Assembly (NCBI GenBank): GCA_963813155.1
Contig: CAWEYG010000001.1
Span: 608,001-672,000 of the forward strand
Direction: 5' to 3'
Source: an uncultured Acidobacteriota bacterium
GTDB lineage: Bacteria; Acidobacteriota; Thermoanaerobaculia; UBA5066; DATFVB01
DNA: 64,000 nt
A program made the position numbers and the translations under genes. Positions 8,856-18,849 of this stretch are shown here, in pieces. Position 1 is the stretch's first letter. Each line of letters starts with the position of its first letter. The notes under the pieces are model-generated. The model had not been told where the DNA came from. It made no database searches and was given only the letters and a program-made list of their open reading frames with translations.

Positions 8856-9523
8856 TCGCCCACCGAGTAGCCGACGCCCCGGACCGTGCGGATCCGTCCT
8901 TTGGCCGGGCCGTCGATCTTCTTCCGGATCGAGTTGATGTACACGTCGATGATGTTCGTCGAAAGGTCCGACGTGTCTTCCCAGACTCGCGCGGCGATCT
9001 CCGCACGCGACACGACTTTTCCCTTCCGCCGGAGGAGAAGCTCCAGGATCGCGCCCTCGCGCACCGTGAGCTCCATCGTCGCCTCCCCGATGCGGGCGAT
9101 TCGCGACGCGGGGTCGTAGGTCATCCCCTCGCACTCGAGGGGACCCGCATCCTTCGGCTCGCTGCGCCGCGTCAGCGCCCGCAGCCGTGCAAGCAGCTCC
9201 CGGTACGAAAAGGGCTTGACGAGATAGTCGTCCGCGCCGGCATCGAGGCCTTCGATCTTGTTCTCGACGGAGTCGCGCGCCGTGAGCATCAGGATTTTGG
9301 CCGAGACGCCGCGGCGGCGCATCTGGCGGCAGAGCTCGAGCCCGTCGTACGTTCCCGGCAGGAGCAAATCCAGGATCACCAGGTCGAACGGATCGGCGAG
9401 GGCCTTCTCGAGAGCCGCGTCGCTGCTGTTCGCGACGTCGACGCCATAGCCTTTCTCCGTCAGTCCTTTCTTCAGGAAATCGGAGATCTTTTTCTCATCT
9501 TCCACCAAGAGGATCTTCGTCAT
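8852..9523 (-). CDS. OmpR/CusR-family response regulator
   Basis: Receiver domain (LLVEDE, ILDLLLP, KPF) plus a winged helix (RTVRGVGY). Confidence 0.95.
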   Translation of the reverse strand: MTKILLVEDEKKISDFLKKGLTEKGYGVDVANSSDAALEKALADPFDLVILDLLLPGTYDGLELCRQMRRRGVSAKILMLTARDSVENKIEGLDAGADDYLVKPFSYRELLARLRALTRRSEPKDAGPLECEGMTYDPASRIARIGEATMELTVREGAILELLLRRKGKVVSRAEIAARVWEDTSDLSTNIIDVYINSIRKKIDGPAKGRIRTVRGVGYSVGE

Positions 9524-9725
9524 GGCCCTCCGATTCTCCCCTCTCCGCGGAGGGCCCTCCGGCCCACCGGGGATTTCTTAAGAAAGACAGGACGAACACG
9601 GCGCCCGTTCCCGCCGCGAAGCCCGCGAGAAAGGACGACGTCCTGGGATCGGGCACGAGCACGGCGCCGAGAGCGCCCGCGAGCACGAACGCGAGGAACA
9701 GGGGGCGGGGAACTTCCGCGACCAT
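9495..9725 (-). CDS. Small two-TM membrane protein upstream of the regulator
   Basis: ATG at 9725; two hydrophobic segments. Confidence 0.45.
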   Translation of the reverse strand: MVAEVPRPLFLAFVLAGALGAVLVPDPRTSSFLAGFAAGTGAVFVLSFLRNPRWAGGPSAERGESEGHDEDPLGGR

Positions 9726-9749
9726 TCGACCTTCCGCTAAAATAGCCGG

Positions 9750-9995
9750 GTGACCATCCGGCTGCTCTATTTTGCCTCTTTTCGAGAGGCGTCGGGGACC
9801 GACGAGGAGACGCGCGACGTGGCCGAGGGAACGACGGTCGGCGCTCTTTGGGAGGAGCTTCGGGCGTCGGCGCCCCATTTCGCGAAATTCCGCGCGATGC
9901 CCGCGGCCGCGGTCAACTGCGAGTACGTTTCCGCCGGGCGAACGCTCGCCGAAAACGACGAGATCGCCTTCCTTCCCCCCGTCGCCGGCGGATGA
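9750..9995 (+). CDS. moaD: Molybdopterin synthase sulfur-carrier subunit
   Basis: LYFASFRE...FLPPVAGG C-terminus. Confidence 0.93.
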   Translation: MTIRLLYFASFREASGTDEETRDVAEGTTVGALWEELRASAPHFAKFRAMPAAAVNCEYVSAGRTLAENDEIAFLPPVAGG

Positions 9996-10008
9996 GCGAA
10001 CTGCCGCG

Positions 10009-10386
10009 ATGTCGTACCTCACGACCGATCCTCTCGACCTCGGGGCCCTGATCGGCGCGGTCCGCCGCGATTCCGACGGCGGCCTGGCCGCCTTTCTCGG
10101 GGTCGTGCGCAACGAGAACGAAGGGCGGCGCGTGGGAAAGATCGAGTACACCGCCTACGCGCCGATGGTCGAGCTCGAGATGGGAAAGATCGCCTCCGAG
10201 CTCGCGCGAGACTTTCCCGAAACCCGCGTCGCGATGATCCACCGCGTCGGGCTGCTCGCCGTCGGCGAGGCCTCGGTCGCGATCGCCGCGGCGTCCCCGC
10301 ACCGCCAGGACGCCTACGCCGCCTGCCGGGAGGCGATCGAGAAAATCAAGGCCCGGGCCCCCATCTGGAAGAAGGAAATGGAGTGA
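10009..10386 (+). CDS. moaE: Molybdopterin synthase catalytic subunit
   Basis: FLGVVRN, HRVG, SPHR and PIWKKE. Confidence 0.93.
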   Translation: MSYLTTDPLDLGALIGAVRRDSDGGLAAFLGVVRNENEGRRVGKIEYTAYAPMVELEMGKIASELARDFPETRVAMIHRVGLLAVGEASVAIAAASPHRQDAYAACREAIEKIKARAPIWKKEME

Positions 10387-10420
10387 TATTCTTGCCTCTT
10401 CGAACCGAAGGAGAACCCGC

Positions 10421-11279
10421 ATGACCAACGTCGCTGAAAAATCCGCCGACAAGTCCAAATCCCGGGAGTGGTCTTCTCCCTCACTCGATGCCGAAGTCGT
10501 TCACTACCGCAACGACGGGGGTGTCGCGGTGATCGAGATGGACGACCCGCCGGCCAACACCTACACCTATGCATTCAACCGGCAGCTCGACGACGCGATC
10601 CTGAAGGCCCGTTTCGACGATGCCGCGCACGTGATCGTTCTCCGGGGGCGGGGCGACAAGTTTTTCTCGGCCGGCGCGAACATCAACATGCTCAATGCCG
10701 TGACCCCCGAATTCAAGTACTACTTCTGCCTTCACGCGAACGAAATGCTCTCCCGCCTGGAGCAAACGCCGAAGCTCGTGATCGCGGCCTTGAACGGGCA
10801 CACGGTGGGCGGCGGGCTCGAAATCGCCATGGCCGCCGACCTTCGCGTCGCCCGCAAGGACGCCGGCAAGATCGGCCTTCCGGAGGTCAACCTCGGGGTT
10901 CTTCCCGGCACGGGCGGCACGACCCGGCTCGCGCGACTCGTCGGCAAGGCCAAGGCGATCGAGCTGATGGTCACCGGAAACACGTACACGTTCGAGGAAG
11001 CGCTCGACATGGGAGTCGTCAATCAGGTCTGGGAGGGCTCGCCCGAAGAATGGTGGCAGCAGGTGATGGACTACGCCCGCCAGTTCTGCCCGCCCCACAA
11101 GGCCTCGATGGCCGTCGGGCACATCAAGCGCGCCGTCCAGACCGGTTCGGAGATTCCCATCGAGTCCGCGCTCGCGATCGAGCGGGAGCTGCAATCGCTG
11201 CTCTTCAAGTCGAAAGACGCGAAGGAAGGCATTGCGGCCAACGTGGAGAAGCGCACGCCGAAGTTTCACGGGAAGGTAG
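10421..11279 (+). CDS. Enoyl-CoA hydratase/isomerase family protein (the true stop is probably near 11279; the ORF reads through because of a likely indel)
   Basis: FSAGAN, GGGLEIAMAAD, PEVNLGVLPGTGG, and C-terminal DAKEGIAANVEKRTPKFHGK followed by GTAG. Confidence 0.85.
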
Positions 11280-12246
11280 GCTCGCTCAGCCCTTTCGCCA
11301 ACACCTCGGCGAGCCTGTGCGGATCCACGTTCCCTCCCGACAGCAACGCGACGACCTTCGTGCCCGGCGCGAACTTCACGCGCCCGAAGAGAATCGCCGC
11401 GGTCGCGGCGGCGCCTCCGCCCTCCGCGCACAGCTTTGCCCGCGTGAGCAGGAGACGCATCGCTTCGGCGATCTCCTCTTCCGAAACGACGACGAGCTCG
11501 TCGACGAAACGCTTCGCGATCTCGAGCGGAAGCGCCCCCACGAACGGGGGAATCAGGCCGTCGGCCAGCGTGCCCGCGGGACGCGCGACGGGAACCGGGC
11601 GGCCCGCGTCGAGCGCGGGCTTCAACCCCGGGCCGGATTCGAGCTCGACCGCGACGACGCGAACGCCCGGCCGGCTCAGTTTGATCGCGCATGCGATTCC
11701 GCCGAGCAGCCCGCCGCCTCCCACCGGCACGACGACGGCCTCGACGTCGGGCAGGTCCTCGAGGATTTCCAGGCCCGTCGTCCCGGCGCCCGCGAGCACG
11801 ACCGGATCGTCGAACGGGTGCACGAAGACGTACCCGGTCTCGCGCTCCACTTCCCGGAGCCTGTCGAAGAGGGTCGCGTTGTCCCCGTGGGGGACGATCC
11901 TTGCGCCGTAGCCCTCGACGGCCGCGACCTTCGCGCGCGGCGCCAAGGCCGGCATGACGACGGCGCAGGGGACGCCCGCCTTTCGGGCCGCCCACGCGAC
12001 CGCCTGCGCGTGGTTTCCGGCGGAAACCGTCACGAGGCCGCGCCCCGCTTCGCCGGGGGGAAGCGAGAGCACCTTGTTCAGAGCCCCGCGGGGCTTGAAA
12101 GAGCCGGTTTTCTGGAGGCTTTCGCACTTGAGGTGGAGAACCACGCCCGCTCGCGAACCGAGCGAGGCCGCCGAGAGCAGCGGCGTTCGATGAACGTGGC
12201 CCCGAATGCGCCCGGCCGCGCTCCGGATCTCTTCGACGGAAAGCAC
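11266..12246 (-). CDS. PLP-dependent threonine/serine dehydratase
   Basis: KCESLQKTGSFKPRGA, SAGNHAQ, VGGGGL and LSGGN. Confidence 0.92.
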   Translation of the reverse strand: MLSVEEIRSAAGRIRGHVHRTPLLSAASLGSRAGVVLHLKCESLQKTGSFKPRGALNKVLSLPPGEAGRGLVTVSAGNHAQAVAWAARKAGVPCAVVMPALAPRAKVAAVEGYGARIVPHGDNATLFDRLREVERETGYVFVHPFDDPVVLAGAGTTGLEILEDLPDVEAVVVPVGGGGLLGGIACAIKLSRPGVRVVAVELESGPGLKPALDAGRPVPVARPAGTLADGLIPPFVGALPLEIAKRFVDELVVVSEEEIAEAMRLLLTRAKLCAEGGGAAATAAILFGRVKFAPGTKVVALLSGGNVDPHRLAEVLAKGLSEPTFP

Positions 12247-12290
12247 TTGCGCGCAAGATACCTCCGCGCGCCGCAAGTTACAATCGAACC

Positions 12291-12974
12291 GTGGACCGCG
12301 TGTACGACATCGTCACCTTCGACTGCTACGGAACGCTGATCGACTGGGAAGGCGGAATCTCCTCCGCATTCCTGGCGGCGGCGCTCCGCGAGGGAAAGGA
12401 GCTCGAACGCAACGCCGTGCTTCGAGCCTATTCGGAAATCGAGCCCCAGGTCGAAGGCGAGCCGTATCGTCCTTACCGCGACGTCCTCGCGGAGACCGCG
12501 TCGCGCGTTGCAGCCCGGCTCGGCTGGGACCTGCCCGCTTCCCGGGCGTCGTTCCTCGCGGAGAGCCTGCCCGGATGGAAGCCGTTTCCGGACACGAATC
12601 CCGCGCTCGCTCGTCTCGTCAACGCCGGATACCGGCTCGGAATTCTCTCCAACACCGACGATGACCTCCTCGCGGCGACCCGCGAATCGCTGTCCGTCCC
12701 TTTCTCACTGGTCCTGACCTCCCAGCAACTGCACTCGTACAAGCCCGGGTATCGCCACTTCGAGGCGGCGCAGGCGCAGCTCGGCGAAGCGCGCTGGCTT
12801 CACGCCGCACAGAGCTACTTTCACGACGTCGTGCCCGCCCATTCGCTGTGCATCCCGGTCGCGTGGATCAATCGAAAACATGATTCTCCTTCCGGAACCG
12901 CCCGGCCCGACTTCGAATTCGGCTCGCTCGCGGAGCTCGCCGACGTGCTTTGCGGCAATCAAGACTCTCTTTGA
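12291..12974 (+). CDS. HAD-family hydrolase (haloacid dehalogenase type II-like)
   Basis: TFDCYGTLIDWE, SYKP and FHDVVPA. Confidence 0.9.
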   Translation: MDRVYDIVTFDCYGTLIDWEGGISSAFLAAALREGKELERNAVLRAYSEIEPQVEGEPYRPYRDVLAETASRVAARLGWDLPASRASFLAESLPGWKPFPDTNPALARLVNAGYRLGILSNTDDDLLAATRESLSVPFSLVLTSQQLHSYKPGYRHFEAAQAQLGEARWLHAAQSYFHDVVPAHSLCIPVAWINRKHDSPSGTARPDFEFGSLAELADVLCGNQDSL

Positions 12975-13603
12975 GCGGAATACGCCAGGAGGATCAGGTC
13001 GGCGCGGCGCCGGACGCCGTACTTCGCGAGAACGTTCGAGACGTGGAATTTGGCGGTTCGCTCCGAAATCCGGAGAGACGACGCGATTTCCTTGTTCGAC
13101 GAATTCCGCAGGAGAATCGCCATCACCTGCCGCTCCCGCTCGGTGAGCTCGTCGGCCGCCGCCGGCGCCTTCGGCACGGAGACCGACAGCGCGGTCTCGA
13201 CGAACTTCGTCAGCAGCTCGCGGGGCACCCAGTAGCCGCCCTGTGAGAGCTCCGCGAGCGCCCAGGGGAGACGGTCGCGGATCTCCGAATACGAGAGCAG
13301 CCCCTTGACGCCGATTCGAAGCAGCGGAAAGGCGGAAGCCTCCGTGAACGTCTCCGCCGTCACGAGGACTCGGGCGTCCGCGCGGCGCGAGAGGAGCCGG
13401 CGAACCAGGCCCTCCGTCGAGGAACGCGGGCTCTCGCTTTCGACGGCGTAGAGCGAGCACCTCGGGATCGGGGCCTTCAGATCCGGGACGGGACCGATGC
13501 GCAGCCCCTCGACGCGAAAAGGCGACTCTTCGAGCGTCCGCTCAAAATCCAGGAGCAAGGTCGGGTGGATCCAGAGGAGGAGCACGACCTCACGCGGTTC
13601 CAT
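12959..13603 (-). CDS. LuxR/NarL-type regulator with a degenerate receiver domain
   Basis: C-terminal LTERERQV...SNKEIA...ISERTAKFHVSNVLAK. Confidence 0.85.
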   Translation of the reverse strand: MEPREVVLLLWIHPTLLLDFERTLEESPFRVEGLRIGPVPDLKAPIPRCSLYAVESESPRSSTEGLVRRLLSRRADARVLVTAETFTEASAFPLLRIGVKGLLSYSEIRDRLPWALAELSQGGYWVPRELLTKFVETALSVSVPKAPAAADELTERERQVMAILLRNSSNKEIASSLRISERTAKFHVSNVLAKYGVRRRADLILLAYSAQRES

Positions 13604-13617
13604 GATTTCGTCTTTGT

Positions 13618-13633
13618 CGCAAAGAACGTGCCG
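13618..13633 (-). promoter_or_regulatory. Sigma-54 promoter candidate
   Basis: Minus strand CGGCACGTTCTTTGCG closely matches TGGCACG-N4-TTGCW, just upstream of the LuxR gene. Confidence 0.6.
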
Positions 13634-13689
13634 CCCGAGGCGCCAGTGACGCTATAGCTATTTCCGACTCGGGACACTAAAGTCCCCGC

Positions 13690-14604
13690 GTGCGCGGGCG
13701 CGTGCTTTTTTTCTACTCGGTCTGCTGCCTCATCTGGGGTTCCACGTGGCTCGTCATCAAGATCGGGCTCGCCAATTTCCCTCCCTTCGAATTCGCGGCG
13801 CTTCGGATGGGAATCGCGTGCGCCGTTCTGGCCCCGATCTCCTTTCGAGCGGGTTTTCCCGCCCTGAGCGCCCGCGAATGGAGGGCGGTGGCCTTCAGCG
13901 GGATCCTCCAGATCGGCCTCTCGTACGCGTTCGTCTTCGCGGCCGAAGCGAAGATCGACTCCGGATTGACCGCGATTCTCTTCGCGAGCTATCCGATCTG
14001 GGTCGGGCTGTTCGCGCACGCGCTCCTCCCGGGGGAACCGCTGACCCGCGCGAGTCTCACGGCCGCCCTCTTCGGGCTGCTCGGAGTCGCCGTTCTCGAG
14101 CTGCCGGCACTGCGCGGGCTTTTGCGGGGAGGTTCGCTCGGCTGGGCCGCTTTTTTCCCCGCGTTGTCGGCGGTGTCGTCGGCCCTCTCGAATGTCTGGA
14201 TCAAGCGGAACCTGGCGCGGGTCTCTCCTGCCGTCAACCTCTGGGGACAGACGCTCGTCGGATCGCTCTTTCTGCTTCTTCTGTCGCTCTCCTTCGAGAG
14301 GCACGCGCGAATTCTCTGGAGCCCGAAGGCGGTCGCGGCCCTCCTGTTCCTCTCGATCCCGGGAACCGTCGTCGCCTTCCTCGCGCTCCTCTGGCTGATC
14401 CCCCGCGTCCGGATGTCGACGATCGGCGTCATTCCGCTCATCGACACCCTCATCGCCGTGCTTCTGGGAGTCGTCGTTCTTGCGGAGCCGTTCGGGTGGC
14501 GGATTTTCTTCGGCGGCCTGCTGATCCTCGGCGGCGCGGCCCTCGCCGTGCGGAGTCCCGGGAGCGGCCACGCCTCCGCCGGCGGTGATACGATTCCGGG
14601 CTGA
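13690..14604 (+). CDS. EamA/DMT-family transporter
   Basis: LIWGSTW motif, about 10 TM helices, two EamA repeats. Confidence 0.9.
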   Translation: MRGRVLFFYSVCCLIWGSTWLVIKIGLANFPPFEFAALRMGIACAVLAPISFRAGFPALSAREWRAVAFSGILQIGLSYAFVFAAEAKIDSGLTAILFASYPIWVGLFAHALLPGEPLTRASLTAALFGLLGVAVLELPALRGLLRGGSLGWAAFFPALSAVSSALSNVWIKRNLARVSPAVNLWGQTLVGSLFLLLLSLSFERHARILWSPKAVAALLFLSIPGTVVAFLALLWLIPRVRMSTIGVIPLIDTLIAVLLGVVVLAEPFGWRIFFGGLLILGGAALAVRSPGSGHASAGGDTIPG

Positions 14605-14828
14605 TGGGCCCGGTTTGGAAGCTGATCAAGAACGTCAAGGACGTCTGTTCCCAGTGCGGGGTGGAAATCGTGGATTTTCCCGCCGTGGGGCGGATCGTCG
14701 ATTTTCAGTTCCTGCTCTCCGAAAAATTCTGCTGGCCCTGCTACCGCTACAACGCGGCTCTCGTCGACGAGGTCGATCCCCAGTCGCTCCACCCGTTCCA
14801 GCCCGTCACGAAACCGATCATCCCGTAG
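14604..14828 (+). CDS. Small hypothetical protein with CxxC...CxxC
   Basis: CSQC and CWPC; translationally coupled to EamA (TGATG). Confidence 0.6.
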   Translation: MGPVWKLIKNVKDVCSQCGVEIVDFPAVGRIVDFQFLLSEKFCWPCYRYNAALVDEVDPQSLHPFQPVTKPIIP

Positions 14829-14854
14829 CCGGGAACCGGGCGGGTCCGTGCAGC

Positions 14855-14970
14855 CGGGCGGGTGGCGCGGGGCGAGACTCCCTTTTGCCGCTCGCGACGC
14901 GGGTGTAGCAAAGTCCTCAGGCTCGCGGCGAGCGGAAAAGAGGAGCGAGTCCCGCGACAGGACCCGCCCG
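14855..14970 (+). repeat. Family-A ~116-bp hairpin repeat, copy 1
   Basis: Near-identical to 20136..20251 and to the reverse complement of 33041..33154. Confidence 0.9.
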
Positions 14971-14998
14971 CTGGGGGCGTTAGAATCCCGAGCCAGAC

Positions 14999-15724
14999 AT
15001 GAGCGAAACCCGCGTCGTCATCGAGACTCCCGAAGGACCGATGGAGGGTCACTTCGAGCTGCCCGAAGGGGCGCCGCGGGCTCCGGGGATCCTCGTCGCG
15101 CAAGAGGCGTTCGGCGTCAACGAGCACATCCGGGGAGTCTGCCGCAGGCTCGCGGGCGCGGGATACGCCGCGCTGGCCCCGGAGCTCTATCACCGGCAGG
15201 GCAGCGGCATCGTCGTGGACTACAGCGATTTCGACCGGGTGCGCCCCCTCCTCGGTTCCCTCACCGCCGACGGCCTGACATCGGACCTGCTCTCCGCGCT
15301 CTCGTTCCTCGACGCGCACCCTGCTGTCGACCCTGCCCGGATCGGGATCGTGGGATTCTGCGTCGGGGGATACGTCTCGTTCCTGGCGGCATGTCGCACG
15401 CACGTGTCCGCGGCGGTCTGCTTCTACGGCGGCGGAATCGTAACGCCGAGGCCGACGTCGAAACTTCCGCCCCTGCTTTCGGAAGCGGGACGAATCCGGT
15501 GCCCCGTGCTCAGCCTCTTCGGCGAGGAGGACGCATCGATTCCCCTGTCCGACGTCGATGCGATCCGCTCGACCCTTTCGGCGCTCGGAAAGGACTACGG
15601 GATCGTGACGTACCCCGGCGCCGGACACGGATTCTTCTGCGAGCTCCGCCCGTCCTATCGGGAGGAGGCCGCAGCCGATGCCTGGAGGAGGACACTCGAC
15701 TGGCTCGACCGGAACCTGGGCTAA
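14999..15724 (+). CDS. Dienelactone hydrolase family protein
   Basis: QEAFGVN, GFCVGG and YPGAGHGF. Confidence 0.93.
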   Translation: MSETRVVIETPEGPMEGHFELPEGAPRAPGILVAQEAFGVNEHIRGVCRRLAGAGYAALAPELYHRQGSGIVVDYSDFDRVRPLLGSLTADGLTSDLLSALSFLDAHPAVDPARIGIVGFCVGGYVSFLAACRTHVSAAVCFYGGGIVTPRPTSKLPPLLSEAGRIRCPVLSLFGEEDASIPLSDVDAIRSTLSALGKDYGIVTYPGAGHGFFCELRPSYREEAAADAWRRTLDWLDRNLG

Positions 15725-15734
15725 AATGCCGCCG

Positions 15735-16844
15735 ATGAGCGATCTTCTTTCGACCTTCCGCGGCTCCGATCTCGAGCCCATTGCCGAGAAAGTCGAGGCG
15801 CGCGAGCGAATCCGCTTCGAAGACGGCGTCCGGCTTTTCCAGACCCGCGACCTCCTGGGACTCGGGCGCCTCGCGAATTTCGTCCGCGAGCGCGAGCACG
15901 GCAACCACGCCTTCTTCAACGTCAACCGATACCTGAACCCCACGAACCTGTGCTGGGTCGACTGCGCCCTTTGCGCCTGGGCGAAGAAGGTGAACGAGCC
16001 GGGCGGATACGACATGGGGATCGAGGAGTGCGTCAAGCACGCCCGGGAAGGCTACTCGGAGGCCGTCACCGAGTTTCACATCGTCGGAGGCCTGCATCCG
16101 TACTGGCCCTTCGAGTACTACACGGGGCTCCTGTCGGCGCTCAAGAAGGAATTCCCGGGCGTCCACCTGAAGGCCTGGACGATGGTCGAGATCGACTGGA
16201 TCGCCCGCGTCGGCAAGAAATCGCTCGAAGAAACCATCCTCGCTCTCAAGGATGCCGGCCTCGATTCCTGTCCCGGCGGCGGAGCCGAGATCTTCGCGAC
16301 GCGGGTTCGCGACGTGATCTGCAAGAACAAGATTTCGGGCGAGCGCTGGCTCGAGGTCGCGAAGGTGTGCCACGAAAACGGCGTCCGGACGAACGCGACG
16401 ATGCTCTACGGATCGGTCGAGACGATCGAGGAGCGCGTCGACCACCTGGAGCGGCTCCGTCTCCTGCAGGACGAGACCGGCGGGTTCACCGGCCTGATCC
16501 CGCTCGCGTTTCATCCGGAGAATACGCCGCTCGCGCACCTGCCGGAAACGTCCGGGCAGACGGACCTGCGGGTGATCGCGGTTTCCCGCCTGATGCTCGA
16601 CAATTTTCCGCACGTCAAGGCGTACTGGATCCAGATCGGCACGAAGCTGGCCCAGGTCGCTCTGTCTTTCGGGGCGGACGACCTCGTCGGCACGCTCGTG
16701 GAAGAGACGATCACCCACGCGGCCGGCGCGACAACGGCCAGGGGCATGACGCGAACGGCCTTCGAGGACATGATCCGCGAAACCGGACGGGAGCCTTTCG
16801 AGCGGGACAGCGAGTACCGCCGGGTCGTGCGCCCCGCGGCGTAG
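15735..16844 (+). CDS. mqnE: Aminofutalosine synthase (radical SAM; futalosine menaquinone pathway)
   Basis: NPTNLCWVDCALC, HIVGGLHP, PGGGAEIF and HVKAYW. Confidence 0.88.
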   Translation: MSDLLSTFRGSDLEPIAEKVEARERIRFEDGVRLFQTRDLLGLGRLANFVREREHGNHAFFNVNRYLNPTNLCWVDCALCAWAKKVNEPGGYDMGIEECVKHAREGYSEAVTEFHIVGGLHPYWPFEYYTGLLSALKKEFPGVHLKAWTMVEIDWIARVGKKSLEETILALKDAGLDSCPGGGAEIFATRVRDVICKNKISGERWLEVAKVCHENGVRTNATMLYGSVETIEERVDHLERLRLLQDETGGFTGLIPLAFHPENTPLAHLPETSGQTDLRVIAVSRLMLDNFPHVKAYWIQIGTKLAQVALSFGADDLVGTLVEETITHAAGATTARGMTRTAFEDMIRETGREPFERDSEYRRVVRPAA

Positions 16845-16967
16845 ACTCCCCCACAGCAGGAATTTGACAGCGGCGGCGTCCTCGACGGCGCGTTTCGCGG
16901 CCCGGAAACACGCCCTGGAAGAATTATTGACTCGACCGCGCAGGCGATTTGCGGGACAATTCCGGAT

Positions 16968-17399
16968 GTGGGGATGCCCGTCCGTACGCTGAGCGCGATC
17001 CTCCGGCACGCCGAGGGGAACCCGGCCGTTCGAAAGGCCGACCTTCAATGCGGGGACGAGGTCGTCATCGCGACGGAAAACTCGGTCTACTCGATCGTCG
17101 TCGGCGACGACTCGACCTACACGGTTCGCGGCGGGTGGTTCGACCGCGAAGGCGCGACGCCCGCCCGTATCCCCATCAACGGCTGCACCTGGGGAGGGAG
17201 CATCATCCAAACGGGAGTCCTGGCGGCTCGCGGCCTGCGACTGGAATTCGCGAACCGGGTCGTGACGAGCCCAATCAAGGATTTTCTCGTGATCCGTCCC
17301 GAAGCCCCGGACGCGGACGCGCGGCGACTCGCCGTGACCGACGAGGCCGTCCTGGCGGGCTGCGGAATTTCCTGGGTCGGGAACGCTCCCGTCGGCTAA
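16968..17399 (+). CDS. Hypothetical protein
   Basis: Typical codon usage; globular, beta-rich sequence (TENSVY...GCTWGGS...TSPI). Confidence 0.65.
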   Translation: MGMPVRTLSAILRHAEGNPAVRKADLQCGDEVVIATENSVYSIVVGDDSTYTVRGGWFDREGATPARIPINGCTWGGSIIQTGVLAARGLRLEFANRVVTSPIKDFLVIRPEAPDADARRLAVTDEAVLAGCGISWVGNAPVG

Positions 17400-18061
17400 C
17401 GGCGCCCCCACGGCGCCGGCGGATCCACGCCCGCGAGCCGGTCGGCTTCCTCGGTGGCTTCGTCGATCGCGCTTCCGATCTTCGCGAGCGCTTCCGGATC
17501 CGACTCCGACCCGAGGCGGAAAGGCTCCCCGTAGGTCACGATACTCCGGGAAAAAGGCAATGGGACGAGGTACCGATCCCAGGACCGGAGAAACCGGGGC
17601 CGCGTCGTGCCGGCCGAAACCGGAAGCACCCAGGCTCCCGACCGGCGAGCGAGCGTCAGGATCCCTTCCTGCACCACGCGGGGAGGTCCCTTCGGGCCGT
17701 CGACTGTCAGGGCCGCGGCGTGTCCCGCTTCGAGATACTTCTTCAGCAGGACGATCCCCCGCGCGCCGCCTTTGTTCGTGGAGCCGCGGACCGCGAAGTA
17801 ACCGTTGTTCTCGAGCCAGCGCGAAATGATCTCGCCGTCCCTGGACTTCGAAGCCATGGTCGCGACTCCCTGGCCGCGATGCCGCCAGATGGGAAGGAGC
17901 ATTCGCCCGTGCCACAGCGCGAAAACGTACGGCTCCCCCTTCGATCTCAGCGCCTCGAAACGCTCTCCGTGCGCGACTTCGAGCCGGCCGGTCGCCAGAA
18001 CAGCGCGAAGAGCGGCCGAGATCCCCGCCGAGGCGGGGCCGGCGCAGGCCGCGAGGTTCAC
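17396..18061 (-). CDS. Lysophospholipid acyltransferase family protein (DUF374)
   Basis: ALWHGR, SKSRDGE, RGS, TVDGPKGP and SWDR. Confidence 0.88.
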   Translation of the reverse strand: MNLAACAGPASAGISAALRAVLATGRLEVAHGERFEALRSKGEPYVFALWHGRMLLPIWRHRGQGVATMASKSRDGEIISRWLENNGYFAVRGSTNKGGARGIVLLKKYLEAGHAAALTVDGPKGPPRVVQEGILTLARRSGAWVLPVSAGTTRPRFLRSWDRYLVPLPFSRSIVTYGEPFRLGSESDPEALAKIGSAIDEATEEADRLAGVDPPAPWGRR

Positions 18062-18077
18062 GGGAAAGCCGCCGGAC

Positions 18078-18491
18078 TCATCGGTAGAGCATCCAGTAGA
18101 CGACGACGCCGGTGACCGAAACGTAGAACCAGATCGGCAGGGTCCAGTGCGCGAGCCTTCGATGACGCGGATAGCGCCCTCGCAGCCCGAGAACGAGCGT
18201 CGTCACGGCCAGCGGAAGCGTCACCATCGCGAGGACCGTGTGCGTCCCGAGAAGCGTCAGATAGAACGTGCGCCGCGCGCCGGTTCCTGGATATCGGTGC
18301 ACGCCGGCGTGGGCATGGTAGGTCAGGTAGCTCGCCAGAAAAACGATCGAAACGCAAAACGCGGAGATCATGACCGCCCGGTGCGCAAAGATCTGTTTTC
18401 GCCGGATCAAAACGAAACCCGTCGCGAGGAGGAGCGCGCAGAGGGCGTTCAGGCACGCGTTGACCGTGGGGAGGATCGAGTAAGGAATCAG
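18078..18491 (-). CDS. DUF420 (CtaM/YozB-like) membrane protein
   Basis: LPTVNACLN, FLASYLTYH, HRRLAHWTLPIWFYVSVTGVVVY. The start appears to be a CTG overlapping the upstream stop. Confidence 0.85.
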   Translation of the reverse strand: MIPYSILPTVNACLNALCALLLATGFVLIRRKQIFAHRAVMISAFCVSIVFLASYLTYHAHAGVHRYPGTGARRTFYLTLLGTHTVLAMVTLPLAVTTLVLGLRGRYPRHRRLAHWTLPIWFYVSVTGVVVYWMLYR

Positions 18492-18760
18492 GGGGCTTCC
18501 GGAAGAGCGTCCAGATCGCCGGGCCCTCGCCGGGCTCGCCGCCGCGCGAGAAAAAGCTTCACGGCGACGAATGCGACCGTCAGAAACGGCGCGGCGATCA
18601 TCAGCATGATCGACCAGAAAAACCCCCGGCCGAGCTGGCTCGGCCGCCCGCCGGAGACGTCGTTGGACATGTTTTCCGAGCACAGCGGGCACGCGAGCGC
18701 AACGCGCGTCGAAACGGCGATCGCCGCGGCGGTGCAGGCGCGAACGAGCTTCGAAATCAC
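18488..18760 (-). CDS. Small membrane protein with CPxC (cox-cluster associated)
   Basis: Signal-like N-terminus, ACPLC, and one TM helix. Confidence 0.65.
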   Translation of the reverse strand: MISKLVRACTAAAIAVSTRVALACPLCSENMSNDVSGGRPSQLGRGFFWSIMLMIAAPFLTVAFVAVKLFLARRRARRGPGDLDALPEAP

Positions 18761-18849
18761 GGTCCGGAAGGATACCGCAAGGTCCGTCCCGTGTCACCCG
18801 TCCGATCGCCGGTTGACCCCGCCGCGTCGCGACGGTACGCTTTTCGGCC

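Noticed and set aside
10421-11279. Benzoyl-CoA (Box) pathway cluster
   Set aside because: The hydratase may resemble Box-associated ones, but no boxABC or CoA ligase is in the window.
10421-11911. 496-aa enoyl-CoA hydratase fusion overlapping the threonine dehydratase
   Set aside because: The extension is the antisense of the dehydratase. One extra G at GGGAAG-G-TAG explains the lost stop.
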